Shown: positions 45,625-58,245 of the stretch, piece after piece
Layout: every line of letters starts with the position of its first letter
Numbering within the stretch: position 1 is the stretch's first letter
DNA from: Candidatus Woesearchaeota archaeon
Lineage (GTDB): Archaea > Nanobdellota > Nanobdellia > Woesearchaeales > 0-14-0-80-44-23
NCBI GenBank assembly: GCA_038874135.1
Contig: JAVZCZ010000001.1
Coordinates: forward strand, 64,001 to 128,000
DNA: 64,000 bases
Reading direction: 5' to 3'
The notes under the pieces: model-generated
Databases searched by the model: none
What the model saw: only the letters and a program-made list of their open reading frames with translations
What the model was told of the DNA's origin: nothing
Made by a program: the position numbers and the translations under genes

Positions 45625-48363
45625 ATGAATGATTCGCTTGATAATAAGGAGCTGGCTGAACATCTCAACACAAGGTTTTCAGCTCTGGATGCAAATCTCC
45701 GAGAATCCTTTTCTTCAGTAAAGCGCGACATAATCTCTCTCAGGCAGGAATACTCGCAGAATCTTAAACAGGTTATTTCTCAGTTGAATGCAGTTCAAAA
45801 TTCTTATTCAAAAAACGATGAAGAAAGAAAGAATGAGATACTGAAAATCCAGAAACAGATTGATGCACTCTCAGCAAATGAAAGGGCAATATCTGCACTT
45901 GAAAAGAGGCTCTCAGAGCTGGAATCCAAGTTCAGACAGGCTCCGTCCTCTTCTGAAATTTCAAGTATAAAAGAACAACTCAGCGCAGTTGCTAGCAGGA
46001 GTGCTTCTAAGGAGCAGCTGAAAAATGAAATTAACAAACTTTCCGAATTATTAAAACGCGCTACCAGCGTAGAACAGGTTAACCAGCTCAAGCAGCGTAT
46101 TGAAGACTTGGGAAGTCAGCTTGAGAGAATTGAGGCTCAGGAAGCGGCCAAGGCTGCAGAGCTTTCACGCATAAGTAAAAAGATTGCTATTTCTGAGAAG
46201 GAACTTTCGGAGCACAAAAAATTCTTCCTTCCCAAATCCTCTTTTTATGAGGAAGTTGAATACATAGATAAAGAGCTGGATTCAATCTCTTCAAGAGTAG
46301 ACCAGCTGGAGCAGCTTAAAAAGGAATTTTCTTCTTTAGGAGCAGTTCAACGTGCGCTTTCAGCAAGGGTTGCTAGACTTTCCGAAGAGAAGGTTTCAAT
46401 TTCTCAGTTTGAAAAGAGCTCTGCAGGACTTGCATCTCAGATCAGAGCAGTTCAGGAAAGCCAGAAGGAATATTTTAAACAGATTGATTCTAATCTTAAA
46501 GAATCGGAAAAGCGCCTAAATAATAGGATTATGCAAAATGAAGAGGAGTTCTCAGCTGTTGAGGATTCAATAAAGAGAAAAGTTGATTCAATACGAAACT
46601 ATTCTGTAACCAAGAGGGATTTTGAAAGAAAGATTGAGTCAATCTCAAAAACATTTTCAGGAAGGCTTACTGAGCTAAGTAGAAAAGCATCCTCAATTGA
46701 CAGAAGAGTTGCCTCGTTTGAAGAGAAAGTGTATGAACACGAAGAGTTTGCAAATAGGATTTCTCAGTTGGCTTCCCGCTTGGAAGAGATTGAGAAGGCA
46801 CACATTGCTGATACTCAGAGCATCAGCAAGAAGCTGGAGAGCATACAGAACTCAGCAGCTTCAAGGAATGAGCTCTCTTCAAAGCTGGCTGCAATTAACA
46901 ATCGGCTTAGTGAGATTTCCCACTCAGCTGAAGAAGGAGATGAAGCTGTACTTCTGCAATTGAGAAGCTTAAAGGATTCTGCTGTTACTAAGAATATGCT
47001 CTCAGCCAGAACTGCTGAACTGAGGAGTGAGCTTATTAACATAAAAAATAAGCTTGCTGGAATATCCAAAGATGTTGAGAGGTTAGAAGCTATAAAAACA
47101 GACGAGGCAATATTCCGCGATGAATATGCTTACATAGAGAAGAAGATTCTTAACATTGAGAAGCAGCTTTCAGATTTAGATGCTCTTAAGAAGAGTGGGG
47201 CAACTCTCAACAAGGCGCAGGAAGAACTTAAACAAAAGTTAGCATATGCTCAGAGACAATTTGCTACCAAGAAGGACTTTAATGAAGTGTCTTCCTCAGT
47301 AAGGAAGGATCAGCAGATCATTCACAAGGAGCTGGATGAAGTACTCTCTTCACTCAGCAGCACTCACGACGCTTTAGAATCTTTAAGGTCTGAAACAGTG
47401 AACAAGCGCACCTTTGAGATGGAATTAGCTAAGCTTGAACAGCGCCTGAGAAGGAGCTCATCAAACATTAGACAAGTTATGAACGACCTTGCAGAGTTTA
47501 AGATTGCAATTCAGGATGAATATCCAAACAAGGAAATTCTCTCTAAAGAAGTTGCTGCTCTAAAGAGGGCAATCTCTAATGTGGACAGGAAGGCTTCTCA
47601 GACATCCTTGATACCTGAAATACTGGAGAGGATAGAACATCTAGAAAGAATGCTGGAAGAAGAGAAGCGCCGCTCTTCAGAAAAGGTCGGAAGACAGGAG
47701 TTTAATTCCACATTTAACTCTCTAAGAGCCAAATACTACAGCTTGAAAAGGGAGCTAGAGTCTGCTATTTATGAGGCTTCCAAAAAGGAAACCCGCAGCG
47801 AGGTTATTGAAGCTACTGAAAAGCACGCTCCTTCCATGCAGGTGCCTTTCGCTTCAAAAGAAGAGAAACCTAAGAGTGAGGATAAAAAACATCGGAAGAA
47901 TATCTTCACAATAATTGGTAGGATAATTACTGACTTTTTTACCGTTGAGGAGACTGTTCAGGAGAAGCGTCCAGAAAGTGAAGGGCACGGTGTGGCTAAT
48001 AAACTCCTATCGCGGAAGCATAACCCTTCAAAGATTATATACATCCTGATTGCACTTTTAATATTCTTCGCACTGGCAGTTATTCTAATATTTAACTTTG
48101 AGGCAGTTGAGAGGTTTTTCTCTTCCCTGGGAAGTTCAGCTTTTCTGCAAAATGCTTGGAATGCTATTTCAGAAGCGGCTTCTTCCGCGTGGGATTTCAT
48201 TTCGGCATATCTAACCTACATAGTAATCGGGCTTCTGATTGTGCTTGCAGCATTAGCTTTCTCTTCAGAAAAGGTGATATCCTTGCTAAAGAGGTTTTGG
48301 AGTTGGCTTAAGGGACTGTTCAGTAGAAAGAAGAAGGGATCCAACAGGAGAGCTAAGAAGTAG
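45625..48363 (+). CDS. long coiled-coil protein with C-terminal membrane anchors
   Basis: ~720 aa of heptads with recurring xxTKxD/EL-like motifs; two hydrophobic helices near the C-terminus; no Walker motifs. Confidence 0.75.
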   Translation: MNDSLDNKELAEHLNTRFSALDANLRESFSSVKRDIISLRQEYSQNLKQVISQLNAVQNSYSKNDEERKNEILKIQKQIDALSANERAISALEKRLSELESKFRQAPSSSEISSIKEQLSAVASRSASKEQLKNEINKLSELLKRATSVEQVNQLKQRIEDLGSQLERIEAQEAAKAAELSRISKKIAISEKELSEHKKFFLPKSSFYEEVEYIDKELDSISSRVDQLEQLKKEFSSLGAVQRALSARVARLSEEKVSISQFEKSSAGLASQIRAVQESQKEYFKQIDSNLKESEKRLNNRIMQNEEEFSAVEDSIKRKVDSIRNYSVTKRDFERKIESISKTFSGRLTELSRKASSIDRRVASFEEKVYEHEEFANRISQLASRLEEIEKAHIADTQSISKKLESIQNSAASRNELSSKLAAINNRLSEISHSAEEGDEAVLLQLRSLKDSAVTKNMLSARTAELRSELINIKNKLAGISKDVERLEAIKTDEAIFRDEYAYIEKKILNIEKQLSDLDALKKSGATLNKAQEELKQKLAYAQRQFATKKDFNEVSSSVRKDQQIIHKELDEVLSSLSSTHDALESLRSETVNKRTFEMELAKLEQRLRRSSSNIRQVMNDLAEFKIAIQDEYPNKEILSKEVAALKRAISNVDRKASQTSLIPEILERIEHLERMLEEEKRRSSEKVGRQEFNSTFNSLRAKYYSLKRELESAIYEASKKETRSEVIEATEKHAPSMQVPFASKEEKPKSEDKKHRKNIFTIIGRIITDFFTVEETVQEKRPESEGHGVANKLLSRKHNPSKIIYILIALLIFFALAVILIFNFEAVERFFSSLGSSAFLQNAWNAISEAASSAWDFISAYLTYIVIGLLIVLAALAFSSEKVISLLKRFWSWLKGLFSRKKKGSNRRAKK

Positions 48364-48365
48364 AT

Positions 48366-48632
48366 TTATTTTTTCTGTACTATTTTTTTCCTTGAGGAAG
48401 TTCCTGTTTTTATCTCAAAATTTTGTCCACTTATCCTTTTAAGCATTTTCAGCAGACTCTCATTTGCCCTATTGTTTTCAGCAGGCTCTCTTAGCCAGAC
48501 AACCAGCAAACTTTTTTCTTTATCCCACTCTATCATTTCTGTTTTGGCGCTTGGTTTTACCAGAATCTCAAATGTTTTTTCATTCTGTAATTTTTTAAGA
48601 GCCTCTTCTGAGATGCTAATTCTTTTACTCAT
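48366..48632 (-). CDS. DUF167/YggU family protein
   Basis: VKPSAK...PAENNRAN..L...L...GTSSRKK. Confidence 0.85.
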   Translation of the reverse strand: MSKRISISEEALKKLQNEKTFEILVKPSAKTEMIEWDKEKSLLVVWLREPAENNRANESLLKMLKRISGQNFEIKTGTSSRKKIVQKK

Positions 48633-48912
48633 TTTTTGCTTTCTTCGCTTTCTTTGCATCTCTGACTATGGGGTAAGGATCATATGTTCCCCACCAGAAT
48701 TCGCAATCATCGCACCAGTACCCCCAAACTCCCAATTCCCTTACAGACATCAGTGCGCCGCACTTTGGGCACTTCTTCGGTATGAATATTATCTCCTTGC
48801 CCTCGTACTTTTTGTAGTCCTCTTCTAGCATCTGCTTGTATTCTTCCTCTATTTTCTTGTTTATTTTGGCTTTTTCTTTATCTTCTTTCTTTTTGAATAG
48901 ATTGAACACCAT
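48625..48912 (-). CDS. small zinc-ribbon protein
   Basis: CPKCG...CDDC. Confidence 0.6.
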   Translation of the reverse strand: MVFNLFKKKEDKEKAKINKKIEEEYKQMLEEDYKKYEGKEIIFIPKKCPKCGALMSVRELGVWGYWCDDCEFWWGTYDPYPIVRDAKKAKKAKNE

Positions 48913-48922
48913 GCTATTCACC

Positions 48923-49240
48923 TCATTCATAGTCGCGCCAAGTGTGCTTGCACTTTGTACACCTGTAAAACTTTGTTTCAGGCTCGTCACTCGCCCTTGT
49001 TTGCACCGTCCAGAAGTATGCTTCGTTATTTCCGCACTTTGGGCATTTTATGTTAACTTTTGGAAGAGTGTTCTCCTCTGCTGAGGCGTCCACAACTTCA
49101 ATCTTAGAAATCTCGCTCTTCTCCTTTATTTTCATGCTTTCCTGCGACTTTTCAACATATCCGCAGCTCCTGCATTCTAAGACCTTCCTATCACGCTGCT
49201 TCTTTATTACTAACATTGTTCCACATTTTGGACAAAACAT
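48923..49240 (-). CDS. tfs: transcription factor S
   Basis: MFCPKCG...CRSCG...CPKCGN...QTRASDEPET.FY.C.KC. Confidence 0.95.
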   Translation of the reverse strand: MFCPKCGTMLVIKKQRDRKVLECRSCGYVEKSQESMKIKEKSEISKIEVVDASAEENTLPKVNIKCPKCGNNEAYFWTVQTRASDEPETKFYRCTKCKHTWRDYE

Positions 49241-49260
49241 TTTTCTTTCACCTTTCCTTA

Positions 49261-49974
49261 TTATCTTCTTATTAAGTTTAGGAGTGGATTTGCAACATAG
49301 TTAAAAAACCATATCTTAACATACCCCAGTAGAGGTATTCTTAGGATTCCAACTCCCAGTATTTTCTCTTGAGGAATATTTAAATCGTGAATTATTGAAT
49401 CGGGATTGTGGTCTCCCTTTGTTGTGAAGTAGTACTCAGTGCTGTTGGCTTGCTCAGAGATGTTTATACTAACTACCCTGTGTATTATCGGCTCAAAGTT
49501 TCCAGCACTGTACACAACTACATCTCCAACTTTTATCTCAGACGGCTTTTTTCCAAAAAGAATTATAAGATCTCCCTTGTTAAGCCCATTTGCAAATGGA
49601 AAATTGAAGAATTGCTCCTCAGAAATTCCTCTGGCTTCATAAAAGCTCCCGCAGCTTCTCCAAAACAGCTGCCTATCCACCTTATACTGCTGTGTAAAAG
49701 TGGTGTTGCACAGCACATATAATCCGGAGTAATACCTTATGCAGTTGTGGGCAGAATCCACTTCCATGCAGGCTGGGTTTATCTTGTGCTCCATGCTTTC
49801 AGAGATTACTGCAACTATAGGATAATTAGTCCTGAGTAGGAAACCTATGCCCGGATAAAATACAAACTTTATTATGAGAAATGCCAGAACTATGTTTACG
49901 AGCCAGCTCCAGAAGCTGTCCTCCTCCCAGATGAAGTGCCAAACCTTCTTTAAGGTTTTTTTTAACCCTTTCAC
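49261..49974 (-). CDS. archaeal signal peptidase I
   Basis: TM, SESMEH, GDL, IIHRV, KGDHN, RIPLLGY. Confidence 0.88.
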   Translation of the reverse strand: MKGLKKTLKKVWHFIWEEDSFWSWLVNIVLAFLIIKFVFYPGIGFLLRTNYPIVAVISESMEHKINPACMEVDSAHNCIRYYSGLYVLCNTTFTQQYKVDRQLFWRSCGSFYEARGISEEQFFNFPFANGLNKGDLIILFGKKPSEIKVGDVVVYSAGNFEPIIHRVVSINISEQANSTEYYFTTKGDHNPDSIIHDLNIPQEKILGVGILRIPLLGYVKIWFFNYVANPLLNLIRR

Positions 49975-50098
49975 GCGCCTTAGGATTTAGCATTTAAATA
50001 AAAAGTTATCGCTTTTCACCAGTTTCACAAGTGTTTACAGCGCAAAGATTTAAATAAGATTATTAAAACCATCACTTTTCAATCAGGTAAACGGAGGG

Positions 50099-51187
50099 TT
50101 GGGAATGGATATATTCTGGACTGGAAGCGAATTGAGCTGGACGATTCTGCTTGTAGTTTCATTTATAATCTCAGCGTGGCTTGCACTGATTCTTTTTAAG
50201 AAGCTCATGCACAGGTTTGTCTTCAAAGCGCAATCCCCCTATGTTCGCAGGATGGGAATTTTCTTTTTGATAATGATATTTTTATTTGCAGGTAGAATAC
50301 TAATGTATAGACTAAGTCACCTATTCAGCATAAATCTAAATCCTAACTATATCAAAATACTCGACTCGCTTATCGTTGTCATGGCTTTCATTGGCATTTC
50401 CTGCCTGGTTGAAGGCCTGGCTGATCTTCTTGCGAAGAAAATAACTAATACTCTAACAGTTAAAAACTCTGTGATTGAGTCATCTATCAAAACTATAAAA
50501 GGGCTAATACGCCCAATCATAATATTCCTCTGCATAACAGTTGTGCTTAGGATATGGGGAATTGAGATAGGCCCACTGCTTACAGGCTTGGGAATTGCAG
50601 GAATCGCAGTTGGCCTCGCCCTTCAGACAACCTTGGGAGATGTTTTTGCAGGGATGGCAATTGCTTTTGATAGAGAATTTAAGCTTGAGGACACTATTGA
50701 GGTCGGCTCTACATTTGGAGTTGTGCACGAGATAAGCGCTAGGAGCGTTAAGATAAAGACATATGACAATCAGCTGGTTGTACTTACAAACTCGCAGCTC
50801 AATTCACAGCCGATTATAAATCATTCAGCCATAAGCCCGCGCAGGACGAAGATTCAGCTCAGGCTGGAATATGGTACTGACATTGATAAGGTTAAGAAGA
50901 TATGCTACGAAGTTATTGACCGGGTTGCTGCAGAGCTTAAAAAGGAGCACAAGAAGGACATAATCCTGTTTGAGCCGGAATCAAAAAGGCCTTTAGTTTA
51001 TCTCAATGATTTTGGAGAATACGGATTAAATTTTACAGTGTTTGTCTGGTTCCCAAACTTTAATGAGATGTATCTGCCTTCTGAGCGTTTGAGGATTGAG
51101 ATTTATAATGCTCTGAGAAGGGAAGGGATAAGGTTTGCCCGGCCGAACAGGCTTCTGGTGCAGCAGGATGGCAATACTGCACAGTGA
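50099..51187 (+). CDS. MscS family mechanosensitive channel
   Basis: GLGIAGIAVGLALQ..L.D.FAG, G.V.EI..RS..I.TYD. Confidence 0.92.
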   Translation: MGMDIFWTGSELSWTILLVVSFIISAWLALILFKKLMHRFVFKAQSPYVRRMGIFFLIMIFLFAGRILMYRLSHLFSINLNPNYIKILDSLIVVMAFIGISCLVEGLADLLAKKITNTLTVKNSVIESSIKTIKGLIRPIIIFLCITVVLRIWGIEIGPLLTGLGIAGIAVGLALQTTLGDVFAGMAIAFDREFKLEDTIEVGSTFGVVHEISARSVKIKTYDNQLVVLTNSQLNSQPIINHSAISPRRTKIQLRLEYGTDIDKVKKICYEVIDRVAAELKKEHKKDIILFEPESKRPLVYLNDFGEYGLNFTVFVWFPNFNEMYLPSERLRIEIYNALRREGIRFARPNRLLVQQDGNTAQ

Positions 51188-51235
51188 TGTTGTCCCGAGC
51201 CAAGGGTTTTTTTAACAGTTAGCTGGGAGAATGAT

Positions 51236-53482
51236 ATGAAGAAGGTTATAATACATATAGGGGGAATGGGCTCTGAGTACTGTGCTGGAAGGATTGAGCG
51301 CGCACTCCGCAAAGTAAAAGGCGTTTTTTCCGTAAGGGTAAATCTGCATTCCAGTTCAGCTGTTGTGGAATATGATGAGGAAGTAGTCAGTATTCAAAAG
51401 CTTTGCAGGACTATTGAATCTCTGGGTTATGAGGCAGTGGTGCCTTATTTGAATGAGGAAGATGCTCTTGATAAGCTCCCACATGAGGGAAGTAAGAGTA
51501 TCTTTAGAGGTGGTTTGAGGAGTGAATTCTTACTTGTTATGCTGCTGTCTATAGCTGCTGCTCTTTCTAAATTGGTGCTTTCAGCTCCGTTAGACTTCTG
51601 GTTTGTTCTCGCAATTTCAGCTCTCGTTCAAATTGCCGTTTTTAGAAGGATTTTATTAGGAGTTGTGCACGGTATTAAGCAACACCACCTTAACACTAAA
51701 ATTCTTGCGCTTCTCAGCTCTTCGCTTCTTTATGCAGTTGGCACTTACCTAAGAGATGGGTGGCTGCTCGTTTATTCCTCTGTTGTCATTTTAATTTTTG
51801 AGTTTGAGTGGCTACTTACAGCCCGTGTTATTAGGCGAATAAGCGAGACATTTAGAAAGATGCTTATGCTTCATCCCAGAAAGGCGGTTGTTCTTAGGGA
51901 AGGGAAAGAATTTGAAGTTCCAATTTCAGAGCTTCAAACTGGCGAAATAATTTTGGTAAAGCCTCACACGATGGTTCCTGCTGACGCTATAGTTATTGAG
52001 GGAAGCTCCACTGTAGACGAGTCAAATGTTACTGCTGAGGGAATTCCTGTTGAGAAGAAGGTTGGCTTTGAAGTCTTTGCCGGTACCAACAACCAGGAAG
52101 GCACTCTGAAGTGCAGGGTAACTGCTGTTGGGGAATCAACATTGCTAGGCCAGATAACTTCTTCTGTTCAGCATGTTCAGAACAGTCGCGGAATTCTCAT
52201 TGAATCTGCTGAGAGAGCAGGTGTAATCTTAAGTGCCTTTACATTTCTCATCTCGGCAATGCTTTTGCTCACGCCCATTATTCTTCCGAAGTTTATTCCT
52301 GGTAGTAATGTAGTAACTACAGATGCTTTTAGAGCCGTAGCTTCACTGCTGCTTGCTTCCTGCCCTTTCATTTCAGCGATTTCAGTATCTTTAGCAGTTT
52401 CCTGCTCCTTTAATAGAGCTGCAGGTGAAGGAATAATCTTTAAACACGAATCTGCTCTTGAAAAGCTTAGCAGAGCAAACTTTGTAGTGCTGGACAAGAC
52501 GGGCACTCTGACAAAGGGCAAGCCCGAAATAACTGATATCATCCCATTTGTTAAGAGCGACGGCAGATTTGGAAGCAGAAGCGATGAGAAACAGATAATA
52601 GAGTATGCGGCAATTGCAGAAAAGAGCTCTTCTCATGTAATTGCTAATTCAATACTCAGAATGGCTGAAGAGGAGAATATTAGTGTGAGTTCTCCCTATT
52701 TTTATGAGGAGATAGCTGGAGAGGGCATAGTCGCTAAGTATTCACTTAAAACTATTCTATTGGGCAATAGAAAGCTGATGGCGCGACACTCAGTTTCTTT
52801 GGGAGAGGAGCAGGAAGAATTAATAAACCGGCTTGAAGGCGATGGGAAGACAGTTTTGATTCTCGCAGTGGACAAGAAGCCGTTTGGCTTAATAGCCTTC
52901 GCGGATGCCATTCGTGAGAATGCCTTAGAAGTTGTTTCAGAACTTCAGAAGCTGAAGAAGAGAGTGGTAATGCTCACGGGGGACAATAGGAATACTGCAT
53001 TTGCTGTTGGAAAAAAGATTGGCATATATGACATAATTTCAGATGTGCTTCCAAAAGATAAGGCAGAGGAGATTGATAAGCTGAAAGCAGATGGAAGCGT
53101 TGTAGTAATGGTTGGTGACGGTATAAATGATGCTCCGGCGCTCTCAAGGGCTGATGTTGGAATAGCTTTTGGAAGTAAGGTGCGCCCTAATGTCCAAGCT
53201 GGCCAGGTAGTGATACTTAAAAGCGATCTGAAAAAGGTTTTATTCGTTATAAAATTTTCTGATGCAGTAGTAAAATCTTCTAATGCCAAGATAGCTCTTT
53301 CTATAGCATATCACATCTTATTAGCCTTAGGAATTCTTACTGCATATTTGACTTTTGGAGCCGTTTTGAATCCGCTGCTTGCAGCCCTGCTCTGTGCATT
53401 CTATTCTTTGATTATGATGCACTCCTCTTTAGCTTTTCTTTCATATAAATTTAAAAGTGTTGCAAGAGTGAGGAAGAAATGA
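51236..53482 (+). CDS. P1B-type heavy-metal ATPase with atypical motifs
   Basis: HMA-like N-terminus, VDES, DKTGTLT, MLTGD, GDGINDAPAL; but GMGSEYC, TAEG, SCPF, SSHV. Confidence 0.85.
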   Translation: MKKVIIHIGGMGSEYCAGRIERALRKVKGVFSVRVNLHSSSAVVEYDEEVVSIQKLCRTIESLGYEAVVPYLNEEDALDKLPHEGSKSIFRGGLRSEFLLVMLLSIAAALSKLVLSAPLDFWFVLAISALVQIAVFRRILLGVVHGIKQHHLNTKILALLSSSLLYAVGTYLRDGWLLVYSSVVILIFEFEWLLTARVIRRISETFRKMLMLHPRKAVVLREGKEFEVPISELQTGEIILVKPHTMVPADAIVIEGSSTVDESNVTAEGIPVEKKVGFEVFAGTNNQEGTLKCRVTAVGESTLLGQITSSVQHVQNSRGILIESAERAGVILSAFTFLISAMLLLTPIILPKFIPGSNVVTTDAFRAVASLLLASCPFISAISVSLAVSCSFNRAAGEGIIFKHESALEKLSRANFVVLDKTGTLTKGKPEITDIIPFVKSDGRFGSRSDEKQIIEYAAIAEKSSSHVIANSILRMAEEENISVSSPYFYEEIAGEGIVAKYSLKTILLGNRKLMARHSVSLGEEQEELINRLEGDGKTVLILAVDKKPFGLIAFADAIRENALEVVSELQKLKKRVVMLTGDNRNTAFAVGKKIGIYDIISDVLPKDKAEEIDKLKADGSVVVMVGDGINDAPALSRADVGIAFGSKVRPNVQAGQVVILKSDLKKVLFVIKFSDAVVKSSNAKIALSIAYHILLALGILTAYLTFGAVLNPLLAALLCAFYSLIMMHSSLAFLSYKFKSVARVRKK

Positions 53483-54870
53483 AGCCGGAAATCTTCAAGC
53501 AGTACGACATAAGAGGAATCTATCCTTCTGAGATTAATGAGAATGATTCTGCAGTGATTGCTTACGAGACTGCTGAGGTGCTCTCAGCAAGGAACTGCTT
53601 TGTAAGCTTTGATTCAAGAAGGGGCTCAAAGAGCATTGCAAATGCGATAGCCACGACTTTGGCTTCGGCAGGGCTCAGAGTTTGCATTTCAGGACTTGCA
53701 AGTACTCCCGAATTCTATTTTTCAGTTGCTCAGCAGAAGTTTGACATGGGTATCATGGTTACAGCTTCTCACAATCCTAAACAGTATAACGGGCTTAAAA
53801 TTGTTAAGAAGGGAGCAGTGCCTGTAACCTTAGATGAGGAGATGGCTACAGTTAAAGAGAGGTGTCTGGACTATTATGAGCTTCGCCTTCCAACTGGTAA
53901 GGGCGAGATTGAAAATAAGAGTTTCAGAAAGGAGTTTGTTGAATATTCACTTAATTCTGGATATGTTGATGTTTCAAAACTTGCTAAAAGGCTTAAGATT
54001 GTAGTTGACTTATCTTCAGGAGCGATGGGCCCGGCTGCTCTGGAATTTTTTAGAAGGCTTCCTCTGGATGTGATATTTATGAATTCTGAGCCGAATCCGG
54101 ATTTTCCCAGTCACAGCCCGAATCCTATGGAGGAGGGGAGTTGCAATTTGCTCTCTAAGAGGGTTGTTTCTGAAGGTGCCGATCTGGGAATAATATTTGA
54201 TGGAGACGGTGACAGGGTTCTGTTTCTTGACGAATCTGGAAGGATAGTTCGCGGGGATATCATTACTGCGATTGTTGGGGAGGACATCTGCAGTTCTAAG
54301 CCGAGGCAGAAGATTCTTTATGACTTGCGTTCCAGCATTTTTGTGCCTGAAACTATAAGAGCAGCTGGCGGGATTCCCATAATGTGTAGGATTGGACATT
54401 CTTTAATAAAAAGGCAGATGAGGGAAGAAAGGGCGGCTTTTGCAGGTGAGCTTTCGGGACACTATTACTATCCGATGTTTAATTCATACTTTGAAAATTC
54501 CTTAATAACTTGTTTGCAGCTGATTAAGATAGTTTGTGAGAAGGGCAAACTTTCTATTCTTGCAGGTAGGAATAAGTATTTTCAGAGTGGCGAGTTGAAC
54601 TTTGAAGTTGCAGAGAAGGAGCGCATCCTTAAAGAGGTGGAAAGGGTTTTTGAGAAGGAAAAGAAGGGTGAGAGTCACCTGGATGGGCTTTTTATGGAGT
54701 TTGGCTCCTGGCGTTTCAGTTTGAGAGCTTCTAATACTGAGCCGCTGCTCAGGTTAAACATAGAAGCTGACTCGGAAGCGCTCTTAAATGAGAAGAAGGA
54801 AGTTTTGAACAGGATAATTTCTCAGTTTAGCCAGCGTCTGATAGGAGCGAGAAAAAATAGCAATTCTTGA
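53479..54870 (+). CDS. phosphomannomutase/phosphoglucomutase
   Basis: FKQYDIRG, TASHNP, DGDGDR, GELSGH, RASNTEP. Confidence 0.95.
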   Translation: MKPEIFKQYDIRGIYPSEINENDSAVIAYETAEVLSARNCFVSFDSRRGSKSIANAIATTLASAGLRVCISGLASTPEFYFSVAQQKFDMGIMVTASHNPKQYNGLKIVKKGAVPVTLDEEMATVKERCLDYYELRLPTGKGEIENKSFRKEFVEYSLNSGYVDVSKLAKRLKIVVDLSSGAMGPAALEFFRRLPLDVIFMNSEPNPDFPSHSPNPMEEGSCNLLSKRVVSEGADLGIIFDGDGDRVLFLDESGRIVRGDIITAIVGEDICSSKPRQKILYDLRSSIFVPETIRAAGGIPIMCRIGHSLIKRQMREERAAFAGELSGHYYYPMFNSYFENSLITCLQLIKIVCEKGKLSILAGRNKYFQSGELNFEVAEKERILKEVERVFEKEKKGESHLDGLFMEFGSWRFSLRASNTEPLLRLNIEADSEALLNEKKEVLNRIISQFSQRLIGARKNSNS

Positions 54871-54987
54871 CAACTTCTAAAAAGCTAAAATTCTGCATTT
54901 TTAGACGCTAAAAAGCCAAAATAAAAGCGAAAGTTTTTTAAATACTCTGATATGCTTTCTCATTGAAAAAGTGGTGATATAACTTAA

Positions 54988-57006
<2,019 letters not shown>

Positions 57007-57008
57007 TC

Positions 57009-57533
57009 TTATTTTACTATCAGGTATAATAGCTTGACAGGCCCGTAATTATTCCCGTCCGAGTCCTTGACCTGAAGCCTAAAAGAGTAGGTTCCCTGCT
57101 TTGCTCCCGGCTTGGGCAGAATTATAATTGGAATCTGAGTTGCTTCTCCGCTCTGAATCCTAAAAGCCTCACTATTTTTAGGAATGAAAATTATCTTAGT
57201 AGCGTCAGCTCCTGAAGGGGATGATTTGAGTTCTATGTTGACATAAAAATCACTGTCCGTATCTTTAGCATTTAAAATTCTGAGAGTGTATCCAACTGCT
57301 CTTCCAACTGTTGTCTCCTTCTGAACTGTATCAACGCAGACATAATCCTGAGATGGACAAGCCAATTCCTGCATCTTCTGAGAATATTCATCAGCGTAAT
57401 TCGCTAGGATGTCCTCATTAGTCTTTCGTATTCCTCTCAGGATGAACATGCCGCCGGCAAATACAGCTATTGCAAGGATTAAGCCAACAAGGTAGCTTAC
57501 TGAGAACTCTACTCCTTTCCTGGTGAGTGTCAT
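57009..57533 (-). CDS. type IV pilin-like protein (class III signal peptide)
   Basis: MTLTRKG|VEFSVSYLVGLILAIAV then beta-rich Ig-like domain. Confidence 0.7.
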   Translation of the reverse strand: MTLTRKGVEFSVSYLVGLILAIAVFAGGMFILRGIRKTNEDILANYADEYSQKMQELACPSQDYVCVDTVQKETTVGRAVGYTLRILNAKDTDSDFYVNIELKSSPSGADATKIIFIPKNSEAFRIQSGEATQIPIIILPKPGAKQGTYSFRLQVKDSDGNNYGPVKLLYLIVK

Positions 57534-57544
57534 TTCAGCTTAAC

Positions 57545-58075
57545 TCAGTTAACCATTATTGATATGCGGGCTGAGGCATACTTACTACTATCACTACTAT
57601 CAACTGCGTTTATATCACAGTAGTATGCTGATCCCTTTGCTGCATTTTTTATTTTTATGTTTATGGTGTTTGCATCCGACTCTCCTACTTCAAGATTTTT
57701 AGGTGGGAATATTATAATATCAAACGCAGTTTTTGCTTCTACATCTGAAAGTGTATAACATGTCCAAGTTATTTTGAATTGGGTAGTACCGGTAGTATCC
57801 TCTTTATAATTAGTTATTGCATAGTAAACTTGAGTCTGTCTCTTATCTGTAGTGCTTAACTCAAGCTGTGTGGGGGTTACAATGAACTTTTTTCCAGAAG
57901 ATTTAAGTTCATCTAAAAGCTCAGTTTTCTGCTGGTCGCTAATTTGAGTTACTTGGCCTGTTGCTTTGTTTATAGTATTTCTTACAAAATTAAGTCCTAT
58001 TCCGAGTATTGCTATTGCGAATATCAGAATTATTATGGTGTTTACAGAAACCTCAATTGCGCCCCTCTTCTTCAT
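57545..58075 (-). CDS. type IV pilin-like protein (class III signal peptide)
   Basis: MKKRG|AIEVSVNTIIILIFAIAILG; GAGGTG SD. Confidence 0.72.
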   Translation of the reverse strand: MKKRGAIEVSVNTIIILIFAIAILGIGLNFVRNTINKATGQVTQISDQQKTELLDELKSSGKKFIVTPTQLELSTTDKRQTQVYYAITNYKEDTTGTTQFKITWTCYTLSDVEAKTAFDIIIFPPKNLEVGESDANTINIKIKNAAKGSAYYCDINAVDSSDSSKYASARISIMVN

Positions 58076-58245
58076 AGTGACACCTCTCAAACCAATTCTA
58101 ATATACTTTTTGATATACTAAGATATACTTATATTTAAAACTTTTGATTATTCTCAAGGTCTGCTAAAAAATTTTATTATTAATAAGTGGTTAAAAATAA
58201 AAAAGTTTATAAAACCTTTAATCATAATTAAAATAGGGGTGGGCT

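Noticed and set aside
45625-48363. SMC/Rad50 chromosome protein
   Set aside because: No Walker A/B, signature motif, hinge or zinc hook; has TM anchors
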